Below, piece by piece: positions 19,361-30,220 of a stretch of 64,000 bases of DNA; position 1 is the stretch's first letter; the number at the start of each line of letters is the position of its first letter. The stretch lies in contig JBNLFG010000015.1 of assembly GCA_050305405.1 (NCBI GenBank), forward strand, positions 68,971 through 132,970. Direction: 5' to 3'. Under the pieces are notes generated by a model. That model did no database searches. It saw only the letters and a program-made list of their open reading frames with translations, and had not been told where the DNA came from. Position numbers and translations under genes: made by a program. The DNA is from Anaerolineales bacterium. GTDB taxonomy: Bacteria > Chloroflexota > Anaerolineae > Anaerolineales > Villigracilaceae.

Positions 19361-20929
19361 ATGAGCGATAATAAACTCCCATCAGGGCACACTCGAATCG
19401 ACACTCTGGAGATGCGTGGAGTCACCAAGCGTTTCCCCGGCGTACTTGCCAACAACAAAGTGGATTTTGACGTCCGCGCTGGAGAAGTGCACGCCCTTCT
19501 CGGCGAAAACGGCGCTGGAAAAAGCACCCTGATGAAAGTTCTCTATGGCTTATACGGCCCAGATGAAGGTGAGATTTATCTGAATGGGAAAGCGATCAAG
19601 ATCGAATCCCCAAACGACTCCATCAATCACGGCATCGGGATGATCCACCAGCACTTCATGTTGGTGGAAACCCTCACCGTTGCTGAAAACGTCGCCTTGG
19701 GAATGCCCTCCTCGCGCGGCTTCCTGACCGATCTTGACCGCGTCTCCGAGCGCATCCTTGAATTGGGCAAAATCTACGGGCTGGATGTTGACCCCAACGC
19801 CTACATCTGGCAGCTTTCTGTGGGTCAGCAGCAGCGCGTTGAAATCATCAAAGCCCTCTATCGCGGTGCAGCTCTGCTCATTCTCGACGAACCGACCGCC
19901 GTCTTAACTCCGCAAGAAGTCAAAGAATTCTTCGTCATCATGCGCCAGATGGTCGCCGATGGGCACGCACTAATTTTCATCTCACACAAATTGCACGAGA
20001 TCATGGATATCTGCGACCGCGTCACAGTCCTGCGCGATGGAGAACTGGTGGGCACCAAGATCATCAAAGAGATCACCAAATCGGAACTTGCGAACTGGAT
20101 GGTCGGGCGCGAAGTCAGTATGACGCGCACGCTGGAACCCGTCGAGCGCGGCGCAGCGCGGCTGGAAATCTCGAACGTGAGCTGTAACAGCGACCGTGGA
20201 ACACCTGCTCTGCGCGGGGTTTCGCTGGATGTCCACTCGGGCGAGATTTTAGGGGTAGCAGGCATCTCTGGCAACGGTCAGAAAGAGTTAGCGGAAGCAA
20301 TTACCGGGTTGCGTGAGATTACGGGTGGAACAGTCCTCTTCGAGGGCGAAGATATTACCCACGACCGCCCCGGCGATGTCACCGAGCGAATGCTATCCTA
20401 CATCCCCGAAGAGCGCATGAAAGACGGCATGATCAAAGACTTCACCATCTCTGAAAATATGATCCTGCGCGAGCATCACAAAAGCCCCTTTGCTGAACGC
20501 GGCTTTCTGATGCTCAAAACCATTGCCAAACACACAGATGAATTGATCGACAGTTTCCGTGTAAAAACCCCTTCGCGTGACACAAAAGCTGGCAGCCTGT
20601 CTGGTGGGAATATCCAAAAAGTGGTTTTGGCGCGTGAAATATCACGCCAGCCACGTGTGCTGATCGCCGCCCAACCCACGCGCGGCCTCGACGTTGGTGC
20701 GACAGAATATGTCCACACTCAACTGCTTGAGCAGCGCATCAAGGGCACTGCCATCATGATGATCTCGGAAGACCTCGACGAAGTGATGGCGCTCTCAGAC
20801 CGCATTGCCGTCATCTGTGAAGGCGAGATCATGGGCATCGTCCCGCGCCATGAAGCCACGCCTGAAAAACTTGGCTTGATGATGGCAGGTGTCATGCCCG
20901 AAGAGGAGAAACCCCGCCTGACCCTCTAG
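19361..20929 (+). CDS. ABC ATP-binding protein with duplicated ATPase domains (paralog of 3152..4678)
   Basis: Two Walker A and LSGG motifs. Roughly 50% similar to the first ATPase. Confidence 0.85.
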   Translation: MSDNKLPSGHTRIDTLEMRGVTKRFPGVLANNKVDFDVRAGEVHALLGENGAGKSTLMKVLYGLYGPDEGEIYLNGKAIKIESPNDSINHGIGMIHQHFMLVETLTVAENVALGMPSSRGFLTDLDRVSERILELGKIYGLDVDPNAYIWQLSVGQQQRVEIIKALYRGAALLILDEPTAVLTPQEVKEFFVIMRQMVADGHALIFISHKLHEIMDICDRVTVLRDGELVGTKIIKEITKSELANWMVGREVSMTRTLEPVERGAARLEISNVSCNSDRGTPALRGVSLDVHSGEILGVAGISGNGQKELAEAITGLREITGGTVLFEGEDITHDRPGDVTERMLSYIPEERMKDGMIKDFTISENMILREHHKSPFAERGFLMLKTIAKHTDELIDSFRVKTPSRDTKAGSLSGGNIQKVVLAREISRQPRVLIAAQPTRGLDVGATEYVHTQLLEQRIKGTAIMMISEDLDEVMALSDRIAVICEGEIMGIVPRHEATPEKLGLMMAGVMPEEEKPRLTL

Positions 20930-20947
20930 ACAAAGATAATTCGAACC

Positions 20948-21000
20948 GAACTCGGCTTTTTAGAGTAAACTTATCACTCGAAAAGCCGAGTTTTTGTTTT
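20948..21000 (+). terminator. Intrinsic terminator
   Basis: GAACTCGGCTTTT...AAAAGCCGAGTT 12-bp stem followed by TTTTGTTTT. Confidence 0.7.
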
Positions 21001-21088
21001 AATATAAATAAAACCACAAAAACTTCTGAACAACTTCTACATATCTTTTTTCTATACTCTTGACATAAACAAGACAAAAGGAAAACGC

Positions 21089-22027
21089 ATGACCCAAAAA
21101 ATCACCTACTCAGTCGTCGCTCCGATTTATAACGAGATCGAAATCGTAGACCAATTTTGCAAGCGCGTGACGGATGTCATGGCTGCCACCGGCGAAAGCT
21201 GGGAACTCGTCCTTGTGGATGACGGCTCCAACGACGGCTCGACCGAACGCATCCTGGAACTTGCTTCCGCTAACCCGAACATCCGCCCGGTGATATTTGC
21301 GCGCAACTTCGGGCATCAGATCGCAATCACAGCAGGCTGGGATCACGCACGCGGCGAAACCGTCACCATCATTGACGCTGACCTGCAAGACCCGCCCGAA
21401 GTCATCCTTGACCTGATCGCAAAATGGAAAGAGGGTTACGAAGTGGTCTATGCTGTGCGCGCCGAACGCGAAGGCGAAAGCTGGTTTAAACTCTTCACAG
21501 CCTCCCTTTTCTATCGCATCATCTACCGCATCACCGATGTAAAAATTCCCCTCGACACAGGCGACTTCCGCTTGATGGATCGCAAGGTTGTCGATGTACT
21601 TAAAACCATGCCGGAACGCCATCGTTTCCCACGCGGGATGTCTGCCTGGGTAGGCTTCAAACAAATTGGCGTGGAATATAAGCGCGCCGCACGTGTTGCA
21701 GGCGAGACCAAATATCCCTTTAAGAAAATGCTGCAACTCGCCTTGAATGCGGTAACCAGCTTCTCTTATTTCCCCTTGCAGGTTGCGAGCTATTTCGGTT
21801 TTGCCTCGGCTGGCTTGGCGATTGTCGCCATCCCGGTTGTCGCAATCATGCGCATGACCGGCTCACAATTCTTTGAAGGGCAAACCACCACGCTCATCTC
21901 GGTGCTCTTTCTGGGTGGCGTGCAACTGATTTCGCTGGGGATTTTGGGCGAGTATATCGGTCGGCTCTACGATGAAGCGAAGGGACGTCCGCTCTATATC
22001 GTGGCGCGAGCGCCGGAAGACGAATAA
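21089..22027 (+). CDS. GT2 polyprenol-phosphate glycosyltransferase (GtrB/ArnC/DPM1-like) with C-terminal TM segments
   Basis: DxD (VDDGSNDGS) motif of the GT-A fold, with two C-terminal TM helices. Confidence 0.8.
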   Translation: MTQKITYSVVAPIYNEIEIVDQFCKRVTDVMAATGESWELVLVDDGSNDGSTERILELASANPNIRPVIFARNFGHQIAITAGWDHARGETVTIIDADLQDPPEVILDLIAKWKEGYEVVYAVRAEREGESWFKLFTASLFYRIIYRITDVKIPLDTGDFRLMDRKVVDVLKTMPERHRFPRGMSAWVGFKQIGVEYKRAARVAGETKYPFKKMLQLALNAVTSFSYFPLQVASYFGFASAGLAIVAIPVVAIMRMTGSQFFEGQTTTLISVLFLGGVQLISLGILGEYIGRLYDEAKGRPLYIVARAPEDE

Positions 22028-22152
22028 AAGACAGTAAAAGAAAAAGTAGTAAAAAGAAACGAGTGAGAAGAATTTCTCACTCGTTTTTGTTTTAAAATGC
22101 TCGGATTTCAAGAAAGCAAGCTGATAACTGCTTACTTCTTTCTCGTTACTCT

Positions 22153-23136
22153 TTACTCAAAGGGATATTTCACCCCGATCTCGGCGCGGATATTATCCAT
22201 CAGCGTCATGGTGGCGAGGGTATCGGTGTGAGGCATGGCCGGACTTTCGAGCAACCCCTTTTGAATACAGCGCATCGCTTCTTTGATCTGGTATTCAAAG
22301 CCATTCACTTTGAAGGGCTTTTTCTTGGTCTTTGCTTTGCCATCAACAACCAGCGTCGCTTCGGTGGCGCCCCAGAAGGGGCCGTTGATGCGAATATGCC
22401 CTTTCGAGCCGTAGATGTAGAAGGCGTTCTCAGCCTGTGTCAGGAAGGTGCTGGTGAATTGCGAGACGACATCATTTTCGTAGATGAGATTGACAGATAA
22501 TAATTCGTCCACGCCGGTACTACCGATCAGGGCGTGGACATTGAAGGAGACGGGATTCGCGCCCATGACCCACTGCGAGACGGTGATCGGATAGACGCCA
22601 ATATCGAGCAGCGTGCCGCCAGCCAGATCGGGGTTGAGCAGGCGTCCACGCTCGTCACGCCCGGGGTTGAATCCAAAGCTGGATTGCAGGAGCGTTACGT
22701 CGCCAATCTTGCCTTTATCCAGCCATTTGCGCACTGTTCCGTAGATGGGCAGATAGCGCGTCCAGACCGCTTCCATCAGAAAGAGTTTTTTCTCGGCGGC
22801 AAGGTCAATCAGCTTTTTGCTTTCAAGCGCATTGACGGTGAAGGGCTTTTCACAGAGTACGTGTTTGCCCGCTTCGAGCGCCATGAGGGCATGCCCAGCG
22901 TGCTGCTGGTGCAGAGATGCGATATAGACGGCGTCGACTTCAGGGTTAGCGACGAGGGCAGCGTAATCATCGTAGGCGTTGGGAACGCCGAACTCTTTTG
23001 CAAAGGCATCAGCGCGTTCCTGGCTACTGCTGGCTACGGCGTGGATTTCGGCATCGGGCACAGATTTAAGGGCTTTGGCAAAAGTGTGCGCGATACGTCC
23101 GGGTGAGATAATGCCCCATTTGAACTTGGTAGACAT
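22153..23136 (-). CDS. Gfo/Idh/MocA-family NAD(P)-dependent oxidoreductase
   Basis: N-terminal Rossmann motif GIISPGRIA. Start refined to MSTKFKWG with an AAGGAG RBS. Confidence 0.75.
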   Translation of the reverse strand: MSTKFKWGIISPGRIAHTFAKALKSVPDAEIHAVASSSQERADAFAKEFGVPNAYDDYAALVANPEVDAVYIASLHQQHAGHALMALEAGKHVLCEKPFTVNALESKKLIDLAAEKKLFLMEAVWTRYLPIYGTVRKWLDKGKIGDVTLLQSSFGFNPGRDERGRLLNPDLAGGTLLDIGVYPITVSQWVMGANPVSFNVHALIGSTGVDELLSVNLIYENDVVSQFTSTFLTQAENAFYIYGSKGHIRINGPFWGATEATLVVDGKAKTKKKPFKVNGFEYQIKEAMRCIQKGLLESPAMPHTDTLATMTLMDNIRAEIGVKYPFE

Positions 23137-23191
23137 AGGTACTCCTTTATAAAAAACGCCAGGCCTTAAAGACCTGGCGGGGTTGGTTATT

Positions 23192-24874
23192 TTATTCGTC
23201 CACTGGTTCTTCAACCGGCGGGACATAATCCATCGCCAACCAGCCGCTGGCATCAAAAATATCGTTCAGGAAGACAGCGCGGTCTTCGTCGCTCATCAGC
23301 TCGGGGCGGGCATAGTCCATCAGTATGGCCGTGATAAGTTCGGTGCCGATATATTGCCCATCGTAGAAGACATGTCGGTCGATGAACTCCTGACGTGTAA
23401 TGTCGCCCGACGGATGATTCATTTGGTCGAAGAAGAGATTGCCGAGGCCATAGTCGATAAAGCTCTCACCGTAAAACTCTTTTACCTGCGGGGCGTGTGC
23501 CTGGCTGCCACTGACGATGACCGCACCGGCATCTGCCAAGCTACGGAAGTCACGTCCCTGCCAGGGGCGGATTTCGGGTGAGTAATATTCAAAATATTGG
23601 AAGGTGGCGATTGGCAAATAACCTTTGGCACGAATCGTTGCGATCTGCTCGGTCATATACTCATAATCGCAGGGAGCCGCGCCGGGCCAGCCGTCGTCGC
23701 GCGCCCAGGCAAAATCGGGGCCGACCGGGTTGCAACCGATAAAAGCAAATTTATTGCCGTTATGCTCCAGCAAGGTCAGGTCGCGGGCGTCTTCCAAATC
23801 CCTGCCACCGCCGTAGTATGGGATGCCGAGTTCGTCGTACATATCGAGCGTATAGAGCGTCGCAGCCGAGCCGCGATCCTGAAAGTGGTTGCCTGTTAGC
23901 TCAATCAAGTCTGTGCCGACGTATTTGAGTAACTCAATATATTTCGGGTCGCTGCAAAACTGCAAACTTTTCTGCCCACGATTTGGCGGCGGGCAATAAG
24001 GATCAAAGGGAATTTCGTTGCTGATGTGCGTAATATCCGCCGAGCGCAGCAGATCACCAATATCCCGCGCGGGGTAGGTCAGCCCTTCTTCTTCCATTTT
24101 ATAGGCGGTCGCGCGCACAAGGGCGGTTACGCCGGTCAACACCATCACGGTCAGCTTATCGGGGTCGCGGTTGAAAATAGGCAGCTCAGGAGGGGTGACA
24201 GGACAAGGTATGGCACACTTCCATGCAAAGTTTACAGTGAGCGGATATTCTTCCGAGACAAAATCATTATGCAATGGCGATTGCCCGTCGATGGTCAGCA
24301 CTTTCCAACGCGGTTGGATCTCTTCAAAGGGGATGATGGCAAGGAAATCGCCCTGCTCCCAAGCCCGCTCTAATAATTCATCGGAAGGAACGATGCGCAC
24401 ATTCTCTCTGCTGGTTGCGCCCCAAATCCAAGTGAGCGCCATTCGAGTGGACTCTGCCATCCACAACGGTAAGTCGTTCCATTCTTCGGGCGCATTTTCA
24501 TTGGTCGGGTCAGGCGGGGTGCCTTCCTGCCACATTGTTTTTAGCTCGTCCAACGTGACCCCGTCGCGGATGGTCGGGAAAGGTGCAACAAGGGCGTATG
24601 TCCATGCGGTGGCATCGGGGTCATTGCTGGGATTCAGCACGAGCGAGGCAGCCTCTATATCGTCCACGAGCGGAATCGTTTCATCCAGCACTGCATCACG
24701 GAGTTGATCGGGGACAAACTGGCTGATCCACATTGTCTGCGGCAGGGGTTCAGGTGTCGCCGTCGCAGCAGGGGCGGGCGTACTCACGACTGCTTCAGTC
24801 GCTGTTGGAGTGGGCGCTACTGGTTGGCAGGCAACCAGAAAAATCAGAAGAAAAAGGATAAATTGTTTTTTCAT
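23192..24874 (-). CDS. CapA/PgsA-family (metallophosphatase-like) lipoprotein with an N-terminal extension
   Basis: Lipobox LVAC. C-terminal CapA-like block (SGSQAHAPQ...YGLGNLFFDQ). Confidence 0.65.
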   Translation of the reverse strand: MKKQFILFLLIFLVACQPVAPTPTATEAVVSTPAPAATATPEPLPQTMWISQFVPDQLRDAVLDETIPLVDDIEAASLVLNPSNDPDATAWTYALVAPFPTIRDGVTLDELKTMWQEGTPPDPTNENAPEEWNDLPLWMAESTRMALTWIWGATSRENVRIVPSDELLERAWEQGDFLAIIPFEEIQPRWKVLTIDGQSPLHNDFVSEEYPLTVNFAWKCAIPCPVTPPELPIFNRDPDKLTVMVLTGVTALVRATAYKMEEEGLTYPARDIGDLLRSADITHISNEIPFDPYCPPPNRGQKSLQFCSDPKYIELLKYVGTDLIELTGNHFQDRGSAATLYTLDMYDELGIPYYGGGRDLEDARDLTLLEHNGNKFAFIGCNPVGPDFAWARDDGWPGAAPCDYEYMTEQIATIRAKGYLPIATFQYFEYYSPEIRPWQGRDFRSLADAGAVIVSGSQAHAPQVKEFYGESFIDYGLGNLFFDQMNHPSGDITRQEFIDRHVFYDGQYIGTELITAILMDYARPELMSDEDRAVFLNDIFDASGWLAMDYVPPVEEPVDE

Positions 24875-25975
24875 TTAGGGGTATTGTCTCAAGGTAAATT
24901 TTTTCACCGCAGATACATTCAGAGTCACACCCAAGCCAACGCCTGTCGGCACGTCGATGGTGCTATCGGGGTTGAGCATGAAACGTTCGTTGGTGATGTC
25001 TTCGTGATAATAGCGGTCGGTGGCTGAGATGTCGCCGGGGAGCGTGAAGTTAGGCAGCGAGGCAATCGCCAGATTTGCGGCACGACCAATGCCCGTTTCG
25101 AGCATCCCGCCGCACCAAACGGGGATATTGTTTTCCGCGCAAAGATCGTGAATGGCGAGCGCTTCGCTCAATCCACCCACACGTCCCGTTTTGATATTGA
25201 TAATGCCGCAAGCCTTCATCTCGATGGACTGGCGTGTGTGGCGCAATGAGATGATGCTCTCGTCGAGGCAAAGCGGGGTTTTGAACTTCTTCTGCAAAAT
25301 ATGATGATCCCAAAGATCGTCCTCTGCGAGGGGCTGTTCAATGAGCAGCAAATTCAGATCATCGAGCGGAAGCAGAGCATCAGCTGTTTCGAGGCTGTAG
25401 GCAGAGTTGGCATCAACCTGCAATTTTAAGTCAGGAAGGGCTTCGCGGATAACGCGCACATCACCAACATCACGCCCTGGTTTGATCTTCAATTTGACGC
25501 GTTTGTAGCCAAGTTTGAGATAGTCTTCGACGGCACGCAACAGATCAGCGGGCGTATCCTGCAAGCCCACTGAGACACCCACATCGACTTTGGGCTTGCT
25601 TCCGCCCAAGAGCGTTTGGATGGATTTATTTTCTTTCTTGCCCCACAAATCCCAGAACGCCATCTCAATACCCGCCTTTGCCATCTCATGGCCCTTGATA
25701 GGTTTCATCAGGGCGCGCAAGTCGGCTGGGGTCTCAATATCTTGCCCCTGCACTGCGGGGATGATGAAATTAGTCAGGATATGCCAGGCCGTGCCGGAGG
25801 TTTCGTAGGCATAGCCGGGGTCGCGGTCTGCGGCGCATTCGCCATAGCCAACCAGCCCTTCGGCGTAGATGGTGACGAGAATCCCGTCGCGATCGAAGAT
25901 ACGTCCGAAAGATGTCTCAAAATGCGAAACAAGGGGCATTCGTAAATGATGCAGAGTGATCTTTTCAAGTTTCAT
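24875..25975 (-). CDS. Enolase-superfamily MR/MLE enzyme (dipeptide epimerase / OSBS-like)
   Basis: KxK...D...E...D metal-ligand pattern (KLKIKPG, QVDANSAY, LIEQPL). Confidence 0.75.
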   Translation of the reverse strand: MKLEKITLHHLRMPLVSHFETSFGRIFDRDGILVTIYAEGLVGYGECAADRDPGYAYETSGTAWHILTNFIIPAVQGQDIETPADLRALMKPIKGHEMAKAGIEMAFWDLWGKKENKSIQTLLGGSKPKVDVGVSVGLQDTPADLLRAVEDYLKLGYKRVKLKIKPGRDVGDVRVIREALPDLKLQVDANSAYSLETADALLPLDDLNLLLIEQPLAEDDLWDHHILQKKFKTPLCLDESIISLRHTRQSIEMKACGIINIKTGRVGGLSEALAIHDLCAENNIPVWCGGMLETGIGRAANLAIASLPNFTLPGDISATDRYYHEDITNERFMLNPDSTIDVPTGVGLGVTLNVSAVKKFTLRQYP

Positions 25976-26024
25976 TTTTTATTCCAAAGAAAAAGAGAAT
26001 TTCTTTCCCCACTGCTTCTCTCAT

Positions 26025-26564
26025 TTATTCGTCGTTAGGCTGAAGGGTGGGCAAATCTCCTTGCCCATCGTCATCTACTTTCAAATTACGTAAGACATCG
26101 TCCATGCTCATGCCTTCGCGGCGCATACCCAGCTCGGGCGTGCCGCAGTAGGGGCAAATATTCCATGGGAGTTCCATCAGTTTGTCGCATTCGTGGCAAT
26201 TCTTTTTGAGCTTGGTCTGACAGTTCGGGCAGACCATCCAATCATCTTTGACGCGGCGTTCACAGCCCGGACAAAGCAATTGATCTTCGATGGCAGCCAG
26301 CAGGGCTTCTTCTTCGAGAGTGCGTTGATATTCATCTTCCAACGTGCGCGGTGGGCGCAACACGAGATAAACCAAAACACCAGGTAAATTAAGCAGCGCT
26401 ACCAAGATGGTCGAAAGTATCTGCGCCAGCGGATCACGGGCGCGGTTGCGAATATCTCGATAGGTCCAGATTACGAGACTGATCCACAGCGCAATCACGA
26501 AGGCGATTCCAAAGCCTGTCAGCACGATGGTAAGATTATTTAAGAAGGTAGGGTCAAGGTTCAT
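26025..26564 (-). CDS. Membrane-anchored double zinc-ribbon protein
   Basis: N-terminal TM helices. CPGCx..CPNCx..CHECx..CPYC motifs. Confidence 0.6.
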   Translation of the reverse strand: MNLDPTFLNNLTIVLTGFGIAFVIALWISLVIWTYRDIRNRARDPLAQILSTILVALLNLPGVLVYLVLRPPRTLEDEYQRTLEEEALLAAIEDQLLCPGCERRVKDDWMVCPNCQTKLKKNCHECDKLMELPWNICPYCGTPELGMRREGMSMDDVLRNLKVDDDGQGDLPTLQPNDE

Positions 26565-26623
26565 AGGTTTCCTCGAGAGAAAGATGCCGTTATTGTACTA
26601 CGCTAAATGAAGAGGTACCTCTC

Positions 26624-27937
26624 TTAGGGATTGAACTGAAAGTACCACTGCGCACCCTGATTTGTCACCAGAGACTCTTCACGCAAGACTTCGTAGAAGG
26701 TGCGCCCGGGTTTGAGCGGGAGCGGCATCCCGTTTAGGTCGGTAATTTCGAGAGGCTGATCAATGGCAAACCTGCGCCAATGAGCCGGAATCACGATTCC
26801 ATCCCGGAAGAGATACGCGTCTCCCGTCCCCATCGGGTCGATGTGATAGACTTCGTCCTCTTCCTGCCATTTATCTGCAAAACTGTGCGGCACAAAAAGA
26901 AAAACGACGTTATCCGTCCAGACCTGTTGTCCGGTGAGATTATCGATCAGGGGCGCATAGCTGGGAGATTTCCCATCACGCAGATCATCAGTCTCCTGTT
27001 GACGATAGTAGCGTTTATTGATCGGCTCATAGCCCCAATAATGATAGTCATCGACGGAGTAGTTCGTAAAAATGCCCATCGCCTGCTGCGTTGCTCCGCG
27101 CGGGTGGGCGCTGAAATAGCCGGCACGCAAGTCCGGCTTCGAGTTATCGAATCCATTTTCTTCAAGACAAGGGCCAAAGCGAGTATAGTTAAAGAAAATA
27201 TTATTGTAGACGGCACGTTCTTCCTTGCCGACAAAAAACGGAGAACAATTCGAGAGCAGCGGCACAACCAAAAAATCACGAATATCAATCGACTTAAAAT
27301 AATCGTAAACGCGTGGATCGGCATATTTGAAAACAAGGTAGGCCTGATACATGCGCACAATATGCTCATCAAAAAAACGTCCTGAACGCACGGGGCCGAT
27401 TTGCTCCGGGTTTGTACCGTAAAAAACAGCAATAAAGCGCGTTGCCCCCCACTCAATATAGTATTCGTAAACCACATCCGCCATCGTCAGGCCATATTCG
27501 GGACGTGCCGAGCGCGGAAAGAGAGTGATCTTACTGGCAATTGGACGTCGATTGAGCAATTCGGGCGAATCGGGCGCTTTGCCCGTCAACGGGTTAATGC
27601 CCTCAGGGAGGGAATAAGGCGTGATGTCGGAAAATGTCGGCAAGGCCTCGGGGATCGTAGTTGGGTAAAGACCATCTTCATAAACAACGGTCGGATATGC
27701 TGTTGGGCTTGATACCGCTACAGCAGCCGTATCAAAAAGAAAAGCATCTGCCTCACTACTCGGCAAAAAAGGGGTTGGGGTGATATCCACCGCAAGGCCC
27801 TCTACCTGTTGTGAGGCTTGCGCAGCCCCTCTGCCCTCGCTTACGGCAAAGCCAAGAAATGCAAGCACCGTTAAAAGGAATGCCCCACCAAAAAACTTAA
27901 TTTGTCGAATAGATATGGATACTTTTCGTTGACTCAT
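26624..27937 (-). CDS. DUF3048 (YerB-like) secreted/anchored protein
   Basis: Signal/anchor segment. Characteristic NPLTG...RPIA.KI...ADVVYEY...TRF.A.F blocks. Confidence 0.6.
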   Translation of the reverse strand: MSQRKVSISIRQIKFFGGAFLLTVLAFLGFAVSEGRGAAQASQQVEGLAVDITPTPFLPSSEADAFLFDTAAVAVSSPTAYPTVVYEDGLYPTTIPEALPTFSDITPYSLPEGINPLTGKAPDSPELLNRRPIASKITLFPRSARPEYGLTMADVVYEYYIEWGATRFIAVFYGTNPEQIGPVRSGRFFDEHIVRMYQAYLVFKYADPRVYDYFKSIDIRDFLVVPLLSNCSPFFVGKEERAVYNNIFFNYTRFGPCLEENGFDNSKPDLRAGYFSAHPRGATQQAMGIFTNYSVDDYHYWGYEPINKRYYRQQETDDLRDGKSPSYAPLIDNLTGQQVWTDNVVFLFVPHSFADKWQEEDEVYHIDPMGTGDAYLFRDGIVIPAHWRRFAIDQPLEITDLNGMPLPLKPGRTFYEVLREESLVTNQGAQWYFQFNP

Positions 27938-28043
27938 TCAGAACCTTCTCAAAACACAGCGATAATAGACCCGTTGATTCTACAGCAAAATGTCGCTTGC
28001 ATCCTTACAAAGCTGATAAAATAAACTATTCTTTCGTATTGCA

Positions 28044-29615
28044 TTGCACAAATTTATGTCTATTCTAATCACAGTTTTAATACTATTCATCACCGCGCTG
28101 AGTTTACTCCTTTTGCGTCTCTTTTTACCAGATTTCCGCTACTCGTGGATATTGGCTGTAACAGGCGCTTTCATCGCGTGGATCAGTGTCTTGCTTTGGC
28201 ACCTGAGCCTGCCCATCGTCCTCTCCTTGCCTGTTTGGCAACCTGCCATTCTTTTTCCTGATTCGCCATTCTTTCTTGCCGATCAATCAGCGTGGGTATA
28301 TGCCTTCAGTCTGGTCACACTGATATTGGGGACTCTGCTAACAGCGATTGCGCGCCCTTACTCCCCAAACATCATGGCATGGATATCGACACTCGCTCTC
28401 GGCGGGGTCGGGCTTTTTGCAGTATTGGCAAACAATCCCCTGACCCTCGTGCTCGCATGGACGGCGATTGATCTGGCGGAGTTATTCACCTTGCTCGGTT
28501 CCGTCAAAGGCAAAAAGCTACGTGAGCGCGTGGTCATCTCTTTCACCACGCGCGTTTTGGGCTCTGCCTTTTTGCTCTGGGCAAATTTCGTCAGCGCAGC
28601 GGCGGGGACTTCGCTCAACTTTGTTGCGGCACCCAGCCAAGCGGGCATCTACATGCTTATTGCGGCTGGGTTACGCCTGGGTATACTTCCCATGCATCTC
28701 CCCTTTCGTACGGAATCAAGCCTACGTCGCGGGTTCGGGACGATGTTGCGTCTCACTTCAGCAGCATCCAGTTTGGTCTTGCTGGCACGCATCCCCTTTA
28801 GCAGTTTGCATTCCCCGCTAATCCCCTACATTTTAGGCCTCGTCACCATCGCTGCGCTCTACAGCAGTTGGATGTGGTTCCGTGCCAGCGAAACACTGGA
28901 CGCGCGCCCCTACTGGCTGCTCGGCATGGGCTCGCTCGCTCTCGCCGCGACTTTGCACGCCAACCCCACCGGCAGCATCGCCTGGGGGCTTGCTCTGGTC
29001 TTTGGCGGCGGCATCCTCTTTCTTTCATCCGTGGAGCACATCTGGCTGCGACGCCTGCTCTTTCTTAACGTCGCACTCATGGCCGGGCTACCCTTCACCT
29101 TTACAGCCACAGGCTGGGTCAGTAAAAGCGGAGCATGGTGGATATTTACGCCCTTCCTGCTGGCCGCACATGCGCTGCTTCTGGCAGGCTACATCCGACA
29201 TGCACGCCGCAGCGATAAAATACCACTCAACCTGGACAACACCTTCACGCGTATTCTCTACCCGGCTGGCATTCTTATTTTTAGCATCTCGCAAATTGCG
29301 CTTGGCGTCATCGGCTGGCCGGGCGCGGCACAATTCGGGGCATGGTTCTCCAGCATCATTGTCGCCTTGCTCATCGCAGGATTAATTTGGCTGCGTCCAC
29401 GTATTCGTGCCTTCAACCCTCTGGATGCACATTGGCTCAAGCCAAATAGCGAAACAAGTTTCAACAGGGTCTACAATATTTTCTGGAATATCTACTACTC
29501 TCTGCGCAGTTTTAGCGAACAGATCACCCGCATCCTTGAAAGTGATGGCGGAATCTTGTGGGCGCTGCTTTTCCTGATCGCATTTGCATCTCTTCTTGCG
29601 GGAGGCATCCGCTAA
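28044..29615 (+). CDS. Divergent complex-I antiporter-like membrane subunit (PF00361-like, NuoL/M/N superfamily)
   Basis: 523 aa with roughly 14 TM segments. Weak LPxH..E...P antiporter core motif. Confidence 0.45.
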   Translation: MHKFMSILITVLILFITALSLLLLRLFLPDFRYSWILAVTGAFIAWISVLLWHLSLPIVLSLPVWQPAILFPDSPFFLADQSAWVYAFSLVTLILGTLLTAIARPYSPNIMAWISTLALGGVGLFAVLANNPLTLVLAWTAIDLAELFTLLGSVKGKKLRERVVISFTTRVLGSAFLLWANFVSAAAGTSLNFVAAPSQAGIYMLIAAGLRLGILPMHLPFRTESSLRRGFGTMLRLTSAASSLVLLARIPFSSLHSPLIPYILGLVTIAALYSSWMWFRASETLDARPYWLLGMGSLALAATLHANPTGSIAWGLALVFGGGILFLSSVEHIWLRRLLFLNVALMAGLPFTFTATGWVSKSGAWWIFTPFLLAAHALLLAGYIRHARRSDKIPLNLDNTFTRILYPAGILIFSISQIALGVIGWPGAAQFGAWFSSIIVALLIAGLIWLRPRIRAFNPLDAHWLKPNSETSFNRVYNIFWNIYYSLRSFSEQITRILESDGGILWALLFLIAFASLLAGGIR

Positions 29616-30220
29616 TGTTCGCCAATATCCTCACCTGGGGTGCCGTACTGCTTCTTTTTGCTGCATCCATATCCCTTCTGGTTTCCAACGATTGGCGTCG
29701 TACGCTTGCCTTTCTTGCCGTACTCTATCTCGGCGTTTTCGGATTAACTCTGACACACTGGACTCTCTCGATGGCAGCCGTCAAACTGGTTACCGGCTGG
29801 ATGGCAGCCACCATTCTGGGTATCACCCGATCCGCCCCCGACCTTGAACCTGCTTCCGCGCCCAGAGACTCGCTCCCCGAGAATATCCTCTTCCGCATCT
29901 TTGCCTCGATCATTCTTGCCATCGTCGTCTTCTCGGCCACCCCACTCGTAACCGACCTGCTCCCCGGCATTGGCAGCGCCGAGGTCGCTGGCGGGCTCGT
30001 CCTGATGATGATGGGCTTACTCCATCTCGGTCTAACCATCGAACCCCTGCGCGTGGTGATTGGCTTATTAACCGTGCTGGCTGGCTTTGAGATCATCTAC
30101 GCCTCGGTGGAAAGCTCAACGCTGGTCGCTGCGCTTCTCGCCCTCATCAACCTGGGCTTGGCGTTAGTTGGGGCCTATCTACTTACCGCCGCTCCCGATG
30201 AAGAGGAGATCAGTCTATGA
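29615..30220 (+). CDS. Small polytopic membrane subunit (NuoJ/ND6- or MnhB-like)
   Basis: 202 aa with 5 TM segments. TAATG overlap with the upstream gene. Confidence 0.4.
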   Translation: MFANILTWGAVLLLFAASISLLVSNDWRRTLAFLAVLYLGVFGLTLTHWTLSMAAVKLVTGWMAATILGITRSAPDLEPASAPRDSLPENILFRIFASIILAIVVFSATPLVTDLLPGIGSAEVAGGLVLMMMGLLHLGLTIEPLRVVIGLLTVLAGFEIIYASVESSTLVAALLALINLGLALVGAYLLTAAPDEEEISL

